Source of the DNA: Sedimentisphaerales bacterium
GTDB lineage: Bacteria > Planctomycetota > Phycisphaerae > Sedimentisphaerales > Anaerobacaceae
Direction: 5' to 3'
DNA: 64,000 nt
NCBI GenBank assembly: GCA_040772485.1
Contig: JAXGYC010000011.1
Coordinates: 160,001 to 224,000 of the forward strand
The position numbers and the translations under genes are program-made. Below are positions 7,932 to 19,000 of this stretch, piece after piece. The stretch's first letter is position 1; every line of letters starts with the position of its first letter. Below the pieces are notes generated by a model that saw nothing but the letters and a program-made list of their open reading frames with translations, had not been told where the DNA came from and did no database searches.

Positions 7932-9960
7932 CTACTCATAGGACAGCAATCCCGACATCTGGCTTTGCAGCAGTGTCAGAGTCCTCTCGAGCCGTGCATA
8001 CTTCGCAACCAGACGCGCCTCCACGCGCGACAGGCGGTCTTCCTCTGTCGCGATGCGGTCCTCCAGGTTCTCAATCTGCGACTCCACCGACTCCTGGTCC
8101 AGTGTGAGCCATCCGTTCGTGGGCTTCAGGAATCGTTCGAGCACCTCCTTCATCGCCCCGGTGAATCCCTGCTTGACGCGGACCGTGGCGTTGAAGGTGC
8201 CGTCCTGGCTGAGATCGACGCTGAGCGTCAGGCCATTCTCCGCGTACAGCGGCGTCCCATTGTTGTCAAACGTTCGGTCCCCGGTGACAATGTTGTCGGC
8301 GAATATCGCATCGCGATAGGCGGATTCGCCTTCCGGCTTGATCTTGGCGCTGGTGATGGCTCCTCCGGAGACCGTCACCTGCACGCTGTATGTCCCGCCT
8401 TTGGTATTCTTGCTCGAAGCGCTGTAGAACTGAACCACGTTGCTGTCGGAGCTGCCCGTCTTGTCGGCCCCGATCAGAGAAAGCACACCCATGTAGTCCT
8501 TCGCGATCGCTTCGTCGAATGCCGTCGAATCCAGCGAGAGCAGACCGTCGCGGTCGAGTTCGAGACCGATCTGTCCCGGCATGAGGAAGCTGTCGACGTC
8601 CATAACGAAGCCGCTGGTTCGCTGAACCAGGGACGTCCGCAGGTTGTTGGTAATGCTCGTGACGGTCGAGTCGCTCATCAGGAGGCCCGCGATCCCCTGT
8701 GTGCTGTCGTATCCAGTGTTTGCCGTGATGAACGCCACCACGTCATTGTAGGCGTCCACCCATGACTGGAGCTTGTCCTTGACCGATTCGGTGTCGCGGG
8801 TCAGGCTCACTTGCACGGTCCCGGCGTCGTGCAGATGCAGCGTCACGCCGGAAATGACGTCGTCAACCGTGTTCGAACTGCGACTGATCCATTCATCGGC
8901 GCCCGGCGGAAAGCCATCCACCTTGATCTGAGAATCCTGGGCGGATTGCGTCTCGACGAAATCCGACCCGGCAAACCCCGCCAGGCTGGCCGTCACACTG
9001 CCCCCCCTGCGTGGACTGGCTGATCGCCGGCAGGTCCAGCGTAGTGGATCCCGATCCGGGATTGTACGCCAGGCCGAGCGTCATCTGACTGACGCCGCTG
9101 GTCTGGCTGGTCAACCGGATCTGACCGTTGACGAGTGTCGCGGTCGCGGTGCCTGCGAAGGCGTCATTGATCTCCCCGAGGAGATGATCCAGGGTCGTAT
9201 TCTCGTTGACGTTCAGCGTGTGGTTGACCACCGTGCCGTCGTGCATCGTGCCCGAGATGGTGATGGACTCGTCGCCCGTCAGCATGCCGCTGAATTGATC
9301 GAGCTTCTGGATCTTGTCGGTCACAGCGGCATTTTCCATGCCCACGGTGAGGGAGGAGGTCGCCTGCCACACCTCCGTGTTGCTGGTGTTGATCTTGATC
9401 TCGTAGTCCGAGCCGGCGTCGTTGCCGTTCAGCACAAGATGATAGGCGTCATTATAGGACAGCAAATTCGCGGTCACGCCCGGGTTGCTCGCGTCGTTGT
9501 TGATCAGCCCCACGAGCTCCTCCAGCGTCGTGTCCTCTGTGGTGGTGATGACCATCTCTTCGTTGTTGTACGAGAAGATGAACGTGCCGGCCCCAACGAG
9601 GCTTTCAGCATATTCCAGGCCGCTGGTGTGCACCCAGCGTTCCGCATTCGCCAGCCGATTCACGACGACCGAATGGCTGCCCTCATAAGCCGTGTTGGAC
9701 GATTCGGCCGAAAGGATATCCTCATCGCTGGTCTTGGTTCCGAAGGAACGCAGCTTCTTGGCGTCGGAAAGACCTTCGGCGGCCTTTTGCAGGGCCTCCA
9801 ACTTCGCATCCAGCGTGTTCAAGGCCTCCCGGCGATCGTCCCAAGTCTCTTTTCGTTCGACGTACTTGTCGCGCCGTTGCCCTTCAATCGCGACCAGTTG
9901 CTTGACCAGTGTCTCGGTGTCAATGCCCGTCGACAGGCCGGAAAGCCGCAATTCGCCCAT
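7932..9960 (-). pseudogene. fliD: Filament cap FliD split by a +1 frameshift in a G7 tract (9001-9007)
   Basis: ORF 8893..9960 gives the FliD N-terminus (LSGLSTGIDTETLVKQL); ORF 7932..8996 gives the C-terminus (SSNTVDDVISGVTLHL, YARLERTL). Removing one G joins them into 675 aa. Confidence 0.88.
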
Positions 9961-10041
9961 GATTATCGACCCTTCATTGGCCGCCGACCCGGCGGCGCAC
10001 AGAAATCCCCAGGGCTGTCGGAACTATCGACCCCGAAAGTG

Positions 10042-10068
10042 TTATCGTTCCGACCTGCGTAGTCCTGA
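10042..10068 (-). promoter_or_regulatory. Putative sigma28 promoter for fliD
   Basis: TCAGGACT-N11-AACGATAA on minus strand versus consensus TAAAGTTT-N11-GCCGATAA. Confidence 0.45.
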
Positions 10069-10088
10069 AGCCTTTCATCTGTTTTTTC

Positions 10089-13000
10089 TCACGTCCCAAC
10101 AGGCGAAAGAGTCGTCCGTTGCGGCGCCTTCGCTCCAGGCTTCGTCATGCCCAGGTTGAGTCGCTCGGCGTGCTCCTGACACCAGGAGGCCAGGTCGACC
10201 GGCTTGGTGGACTCGAGGGCATCGTTCACAAACCGGCGGGCGGCGGCCGTGCCGTGACGACGAATCTCACGATCCAGATGCAGGCGAGCCTGCCCGTTCA
10301 TCCGCAGTGCGAAAAAGGCCAGGCCGCGCAAAAGGCTGTAGCCGACGACGCGGTCGGCCACGGTCGCATCGAGAACCTCCACATTGTTGAGGATGTTGAC
10401 GCAACTGACGAAGAAACCCCGGTGGAACAGCGAGACCGCGATGTCCAGATACTCCGGGACAACCCGGTCATCCAGAGGCTGACTCTCCCAGGCGAGGATC
10501 TGGGCCCTGAAACGCGTCAGGAAATCGCCGCAGGTGCATTGACGCAATGCACGTCCGATGTCCATGCCGGGTTCCGACTTCAGGCGCTCGCGGATGCGCC
10601 ACAGCCGGCCTTCACAGTATTGCCGGTACCGCGTTCGTCGATTGCGCGGATCGAGTGTCGACACTACCCGCGTGTAGTTCATCGCGTGCAGACGGATCAG
10701 GGTCAGGCTCTCGGGCACGTTCTTCACAAAGACGGGCTGACCGGCCTGGGCATACAGAGCCAGTTTCGCCGACCAGAACGAATCGGCGGAGAATGGGTTC
10801 TCGTCATAGAGACCGATCTCGGCGAAAAGGACCTTGCGGATGATCGCGGTCCCGTGACTCATCCCGTGCTGCCAAGACTTGAACCGAGTCATGATCTCGC
10901 CGTCCGTCAAGGGCAGTTGGCTGCATTCGCTGTGTTCCGGACCCTGGTACACTTCGAGAAACGTGCGGTAGTTCGAGCCCACCATAGCCAGCCGGTCGTC
11001 CCGGCTGATCTCGTCGTACAGAGTCTCCAGCTTGGTGGAGCCCATCAGGTCATCGGCATCGTGAATCACGATGAAATCCGCGCGGGCCCGCTCGATGGCG
11101 AAATTGCGCCGGACGTACGGTCCCTTCTGGTCGTCGAAGAAACAGGCATGGATGCGTGCGTCGCGCTGGGCGTATTCCTCGATGATCCGGCGGGTGTCAT
11201 CGGTGCTGGCATCGTCGAGCAGAAACAGTTCCCATTGGCCCAGCGTTTGGGACAGAATGCTGTCCAGGCACTCCGGGAGGAACCGAGCGGCATTCCGGCA
11301 CGCGGTGATGACCGTGACTTTGGGCGACCCGCCCAGCGCCGTCTCGACGCCGGGCCCTGCCGGCGCAGACGGGACCCGAGGCCTTGCATCCGTGATTCGC
11401 AGTGCCACGGCGTCCGCATGCTCGGCGCCCCACTGTTGCACATCAATCTGCACGCCTCGCGTGAAGGTCTCCTCGTAGAACTGCCGGGCGGCCGGGGTGT
11501 CGTGATGGGCCATCTCCCTGCGCAGGTAGATCTGACACCGCTCTTTGTGCCCCAGCCCATAGAGCGCTAGCGCGCGGACCAGATCGACATTGGCGAGGCG
11601 ATGCGGCAGTTCCAGGTCCATGCCCTCCAACGCGGACAGGGCCTGCACGCAACTGACGTACCGCTGCATTCGGAAGCACTCTGTGGCACGCTGAAGGAAG
11701 CGAACCACGATCCCTTCGTCCATCGGCTCGCGTTCCCATTCGGCGATCTGCGCGCCGAAGCGTGGGAGGAAGTCGGCGCAGGTACATTCGCGCAGCGCTC
11801 GGGCGACATCCATCGAGGGGTCGCGCGCCACCGTGTTGACCACCTCCTGGAGCCGGCTGAGGCAGTACTGTGAATAGCGCGTTCGCCGGCTGCGCGGGTC
11901 CATCGCCGGCAGTTGCCCCACCTGCGATTCGCTGTGCACCCGCCGCAGAGTAAGAAACTCCGGAGTATTGCACAACCGGATGCGCTCCGTGCGGCGGGCA
12001 TATTCGGCTACCTTGGCCAGCCAGAACGAGTCGGCGCCGAAGGGATTCTCGTCGTACAGCCCGATCTCCTCGAACAGCATCCGCCGGACGATCGCCGAGC
12101 CATGCCACACGAAATCCCACATGGACCGGGCGTCATACGCCTCCAGAATCTCCTCGTGCGTCTCCGGCAGCGTCATGGCTTCAGTGGATTCGATGCCGGT
12201 GAAATCATCCAGGAACTTCCGATAGAACGAACCCACGACCGCCAGACGCTCGTCGCCGCCGATTGCATCGCAAAGACGCCGAAGCTTGTCGGGACACATG
12301 ATGTCGTCGGCATCCTGGATCGAGACAAACGGCGCACGGGCCTGTCGGATGGCGAAGTTGCGACGGACGTACGGTCCGGCGCTTTCGTCGAAGTAGAAGG
12401 GCCGGATGCGCGCATCGCGGGCGGCATACGCTTCGATGATCCCGCGCGTACCGTCGGTGCTGCCATCGTCAAGAATCAGCAATTCCCATTCCGACAGGGT
12501 CTGCTGCAGGATGCTGTCCAGACATTCCGGCAGGTGCTTTTCCCCGTTGCGGCACGCCAACACCACGCTGACCGCCGGCACGGATGCACGCGACGCGGGC
12601 GCAACGGATACAGCCATCGCCGGCGTACTGGCTCGCGCCTGGAGGCGCTGCTTCAGTTCGGGCACAAGAGCCGGACTGACGTGCATCATCGCGTCGTTAG
12701 AATCGGCTCCGCGCATCAGTATGCGGCAGTGCTTACATCGCTCGGGCATTTCATCGCGACTGTCCCGGATGGCCTGTCGCAGTCCTCTGAACTTCTCGCC
12801 GTTCCACACCCCCTCAAAGGACTCCGTCAGCGCATTGCCCATCGGAAGGTCGTGGAGATGACAGCAGGGAATGACCTCGCCATGGATGAGCAGTCGGACC
12901 CGCTGCCAGGGTCGGGTGCATTGTCTGTGGCCTTCCGTCAGTTGTTGCGAGGCCACGTAGGGCGTCCGGCTCAGGTCGAAGTTGTCGGGAATGTCCAGAG

Positions 13001-16000
13001 CCAGGCCGAGTCGGGCCGCTGCCGCCCGGGTCAGGTCGAGGTGCTTGTTCGCCAGCTCTCGGTGAAACAGCAGTGAATCGTCCAAGGTCTGAGCATTGTA
13101 CACATGGACGAAATTGACGGCGACGCTATCGAAGGCGTACCGGGCGGCCATTTCGATCACGTCGGGCAATTCCGCGATGTTCTGGCGCATCGCGACAAAA
13201 GCCAGTTCCATCTCGAGTTCCGGCCTGCTTCGCTTGATGTCCGCCAGAACCGCCAAGTTCTGACAGAGTCGCTCGAAGCTCAGACGCCGACGTATGGATT
13301 CATAGGTTTGCCGGGTGGCTCCATCCACAGAGACCCGAACCGTGTGGAAGAACTTGTGGATCGCTTCGGCCCGGCGTCCGGCCAGCGTCGACAAGTTGGT
13401 CGTCATACCCAGGCACACGCCAAAACGATTGGCGTATTCGCAGAGCTCGTAGAACTGCGGATGCAGGAGGACCTCGCCACCAATCAGATGGGCATCGCGG
13501 GCGGCCGGCAGCCACTCGTCCGCGAGACGCTGGAACTGTGCCAGGTCCATGATTTCGCCGTCTGTCCCATAGCTGCACATGACACAGCCGCCGTTGCACC
13601 GGGTGATCACGTTGAACTCCACGGTCACGGGGCGATGGCAACAGACGTCCGGTTTGGTCCGCCGGGCCTCTTCGTAGGCCATGGTGTTGCCGATGGCCTG
13701 AGCTTCCCTCTCCAGCATCTTGCTCTTGTCGGTCGCACCGGCCTTGCGGAACAGTTCGGCGAGGCGGCTGGCAACCGCATGCCGGGACGCCGATCCCGTA
13801 GGCATCGATCGATACATGCGTTCCAGCTCCGTCAGCTTCTGAACGCACGGGTCTTCCGACGCGCGATCCCGCCCTGACTCATCTGCCGGTCGCACGACCG
13901 GGCTTCGCGGCTCCGTCCTGCCTGGGGGAGGAGAATTCACCGGCGCCGCATCGCGTCCGCGTCCGGCCCCATGCGAGGGCCTGGACACGATCTCGGCCCG
14001 GTGCGACGAAGCCAGGCGGTCTCGTATGCGTTCCATGTTCTGCCGCTGCGCCGGATCGAGATGGACATGGGGGTTCCCAAGCAGTCGCCCATAGGTGCCG
14101 CCCACGCGATCGTACCGGCCCGTCTTCATATAGCACTCGGCCAGCAGCGTACAACTGGCAACGTAACACTCCACGATGTCGGCATAGCATCTGAACTCGC
14201 TCCGCGCGCGATCCAGCCGCTCCAAGGCGATCAACTCCTCCAGCGGCTCAAGGCACGCTTCGAGGAGAACGCATGCATCACCGGGCTGGCCCAGCATCGC
14301 CTGCGCCGAACCCAGGACGCAACGGGCCTCAATGCAGTCCGGACGGAGCCGCAGCGCCATCCGCGCCCACTCGCTTGCCAGGTGAAGGTCGCGCTCCCGG
14401 AAGAACAGGCTGCTCCGGAGAAACCGTCGGAAGCACTCTTCCGGCGTACCGGTATCCCTCCAGTACAACCCCTCCAGGAACTCGCGGAATCCCCATACAT
14501 GACGCTCCTGGTCCTCCTGGAGATGGGCCGCGAGCAGCGCTTGACTGACCACGAAGCGATTCTCCATGGCGAACCGATCCACAAGACCCACCCGCAGTTC
14601 CTCCGGTCCCCGGTAACGACAGAGCACATCCGGGCAGTACAGAATACGACGCCGCCCGCCACGCAGATCGGCATACGCCCGATGCGAGAGGTGGATCGCC
14701 CCGTGATCGAACGGCACGGCGGGGAACCCGCCGAGGCGGAAGAAGGTCTCTCTGTCAAAGACACACAACTCGTCGATGTCCCACGCGGCCGCCAACTGGT
14801 CCGGCCCCAGATCGAACCGGAGGGGAGTGGAGGGACAGCCCTCACAGAGAATCCGGCCTCGCAGGCCGCAGAGGTCCTTCTCCTGGAAGTGCTGCTGTAC
14901 ACGTGCGACAAAGTCACGGTCCGGCGCCACATGCTCTCCCAGGAACGCAAGGCAGCGGCCCTGCGCCCGGTCGGCTGCCACATTCCTGTATCGACACTGG
15001 CTCACTCCCTCCCTCGTGCCGAGGACGGAAAGGCGAAAGCCGACGTGTCCGGCCCGACGCGCCAGGTCCTCCCCCAAAGGCGCTGGAACCATTGCGATGA
15101 CCTCGAAGTCCTTCTCAGTCTGTGCACCGAAAGAAGCGATCACATCGGCCCACGACGCCGCATCCCCCGCGAGAGACACGATAACCGACACGCCTGTCGG
15201 TCCTTTGGCGCCACTGTCCAGAAGACACTCGACCGGCTCCGTTTGTCCGCCGTCCGGATGAAAGAGGGCCCTTTCGATGAGGCTCAAACGCTGGGCTCGC
15301 GGCTGCAGACCGTTGCCGCGATCGAGCCAGTCCGCACGGAACTGTGCCGCCACAGGGGTCCCATGAATGTCACATTCCCGGTCCAGGCATTCCCGACTCT
15401 CGCAAGGGTACCCGAGTGCGAAATAGGCCAGACCCTTGATCAGCTCATAGCTTCGCACGTTCTGCGCGATGCCCTCCACCAGTTGCTCCACGATCCGGCT
15501 CGTCCAAAGGCATTGAACGAACTGCCCCTTCGTGAAGTGACTGTAGATCCGTCCGAGGAAACCCTGGACGATCGGACCGGTCAAAGGCGCGTTTTCCCAT
15601 TCGGGGAAGAGCCGTGCGTTCTTCTTGATGAAGTCGCCACAAACGGTGCGACGCAGGACCGCCTTGATATTGGCACGAGGGTCGGCATGGAGCGTTCGAA
15701 TCAATTCCGACAGTTTCTGGCGGCGGTGCTCCTTGAAGTGCGCCCGCCGACTGCGCGGATCGAACGCCGGCAGGCTGCCCGTTTGAGAGCTGACGTGCAT
15801 CCGTCGCAGGGTCAGCGCCTCCGGCAGATTCATCAAGCGAACCGCCTCGCTTCGGCACGCATATTCCGCCACCTTGGCCAGCCAGAAGGAGTCCGAGGCG
15901 AAAGGGTTCTCGTCGTAGGGCCCGATATCCTCAAAGAGGCGCTTGCGGATGATCGCCGAGCCATGCCAACAGAAATCACAGACGGCCGCGTTCCGGTATT

Positions 16001-19000
16001 CTTCGAGGATCTGCTCGTGCGTCGTCTTCAGGACGACCGTATCGCTGTGTTCGGCCCCCTGGTACTCATCGAGAAACATGCGGTAGAACGAGCCGACCAC
16101 GCCAAGACGGTCGTCCTGGGTAATGGCCAACCACAGCCGCTCCAGCTTCTCGGGGCACATGAGGTCGTCGGCGTCCTGGATCACGACGAAAGGAGCGCCG
16201 GCGCGTTCGATGGCGAAATTGCGGCGAATGTAAGGTCCGGCGCTCTCGTCGAAGAAGAAGGGCCGGATGCGCGCATCGCCAGCGGCGTACTCCTCCATGA
16301 CCCGCCGCGTGCCGTCCGTGCTGCCGTCATCGAGCAGGAACAGCTCCCACTCCGACAGAGTCTGCTTCAAAATGCTGTCCAGACATTCACGCAGGTGTTT
16401 CTCCCCATCGCGGCACGCCAGCACCACGCTGACCTGGGGCCGACGCGCACTGTCGATCTGCGCACTGTGCTCCGCCGGGGCCGCAGGCCGCGAGCCGAGA
16501 TCGCGCACCCTCTGCCGACGCGGTTTCGAGGGTGGGTGGAGCAGGCTCCCGCCGGCTTCGGCGTAATCGACGCCATGCCACGATGCGACTCGTCCTTCGC
16601 TCGCGTCTTCTGGCGACGGGACGCCCTGAGCGTCGGTTGAACTCTCGACCAGGAATCGGTGGAACGGCGTATTCAAATGCCGGTTGATGGACTCCAGCGT
16701 CCCCAACCTCATGGCGTATTGCGTCTCGAGCGATTTGGTTCCGCAGTAAGCCTTCATCGCATCATGTGTAGGCTTCTCGTACGGCGCATCGGCCATCGCG
16801 CTCCAGAGTCGCTCGTACTCCAACTGCTCTTCCCAAGTGCCGCAGGCATGGAGCGCCACCACGCTGGGGTCCTCGACAACCTTGAACCCGGCCCGCTCCA
16901 GCGCTGCTTTGGTCGCCTCATCCACCTTCCCCTGATCGTTCACCTGGAACCCGCCGATCCGACGCAGGGCCTCGGCCCGGTAGACCTTGATGCTCTGTCG
17001 CACGCGGCGGGTCCAGTCCTCCCACAGATGGCAGTAGTAGATCCCCAGTTCCTCCGGATAAGGATACTCCAGCACTTTCTTTCGCATGTAGGCGATGGCT
17101 TGGGGATGGAGGAGAAAATCGTCGTCGACCTTGAAGAAGTACGGCGTCTCACAATCTTCGAGGCATTGGGCGGTGGCCGCGAAGAAGTCCATATCTCGCA
17201 GCATCACGGTCTTCTCGTGCCGGTCCCAGGAATCCGTCAGCGATCGGACGCAGTAGTCGAACGTGCGGCGACCGTTGGTGAAGCAGAAGATGCTGAAGCG
17301 ATGATCGGCCGCGTGGGTCTGGAGCACGTCGATGTTCAGCGAAGGGAGAAGGCGGGTTCGGAAGACCTCATTCTTCAGGTCCCTCTGGCCCTGTTCGCAG
17401 GCCATGCGCCACAGTTGTCTGCCGCGCATCCTCTTGGCAAGCAGCCAACCGGCGTCGCGCGCGATGCACACGATGGGCACTTCACGTTTGGCCGCCAGAA
17501 CGGCAAACCACAGGTCGCGGAAATTGGGGTTCGGAAAGTCACGGCTCCGGGGGCGAATCGTGCTGGTGTGGAACACCAGCGTCCCCACGCCTCCGGCGTG
17601 CACCACACGGTCCTGACGACAAGCGGTTTCGAAATGGTACATGTTCCGATCCACGACGAAATCGGCACACGGCGGACGGAAATCCATCCCGTGGACCACG
17701 ACGACGGCGCGACGCTGATGCTCCTCGATCTTCGCGATCATCGTGTCGGCATAATCAGGCGGATACTTGATGTCGTCGTCCATCACGAGCACATACCCGT
17801 CGTCGTCCGGCATCAGCAAGTCCCAGGCCCCGCTGGCATACAGTTCGCCCTTCGGACTGGCTTCGATTCGCGAGACCTTGGCGAAACGATACAGGTCCTC
17901 CGGGACCGTGTCGTACTCGTTCAGCAGAATGCGGATATCGTCCGCCTGGTCTTCGATGTCCACGAGGAGACGGCGCAAATCGTCGGCGCGATCCGGAATC
18001 GAGACGATCAGGGCCAGCCGCTTCTCGCCGTGGCCCGGTCTCGTCGCCCCACAGCATCTCGAGGGCTGAACCATTTCGGCCGGAGTGGATCGCTTCCGTC
18101 GATCGACGGGCGAATGCGCCAGAGGATCTTTGCTCTGCGGCAGACGCTCGCGCAGCCGATCACACACCTGCTGGATGTCGTCACGCTGCTTCTGCGGAAT
18201 CTCGAAAAGGGAGGTCTCCAGCAGCCGCGTGTAGGCCGCCACGACTCGATCGTGGCAACCCAGTTGCATGTGACACTGGGCCAGTGACACGCACGCGGTC
18301 GCATAGCATTCGGCCAGTCGGACACCGTCCGAGTCTGGAGAGCTTCCCTTGCGCCGTGCCGCAATCAGCAGTCGCTCGAGAATCGGGAGCGTCTCCTCCC
18401 ACTTGGCCGCCGCCAGCTCCATTCGGTCGAGGGCCATCAGCCGTCGCGCTTCTCTGGCCAGCCAGGCATGTCGATACTCGCGGTACGATGAGCTGCTGAA
18501 CACTGGTTCTCGCGGCGCGGTTTCGGTCAGCCGTCCATCCCGGCGCAGGATCCACTCGGCCCCGGAGGTGTAGGCCGAATCATCCACCTTTCCGGCCAAG
18601 GCGCGGTTGCGCGAGGCCTCCGCACCGCTCCAGGCTCCACGCCGGCCTCCGGCGACGTGTCCATAGTCGTGGTCCTGATGGACCACGGTGATGAACTCGG
18701 TGCCGTCCACAACCGGAACGCCGGCCCGGTGCGGGGCCATGACCAGCCAGTTGTCCCAGGCGATGCGTCCGATCGCAAACGCCGGAATCTCGGGGTACAC
18801 CCCTTTGGGAAACACGAAGTAGTCCAGGCCGCACTCGGCGTGCAGCATCGCGCGTTCCTGCATCTGGGCTTGCAGTGTGCTCTGCCAGTCGGACCGGTCG
18901 AAGTCGATCTCGTCCAGTACTGTGAGGTCCCAGCGCTGACCGATGAGAAGAAACTTCGCAAGACGCGACTGGACCTCCCGCACGCCCTTCACAAAGCTCT

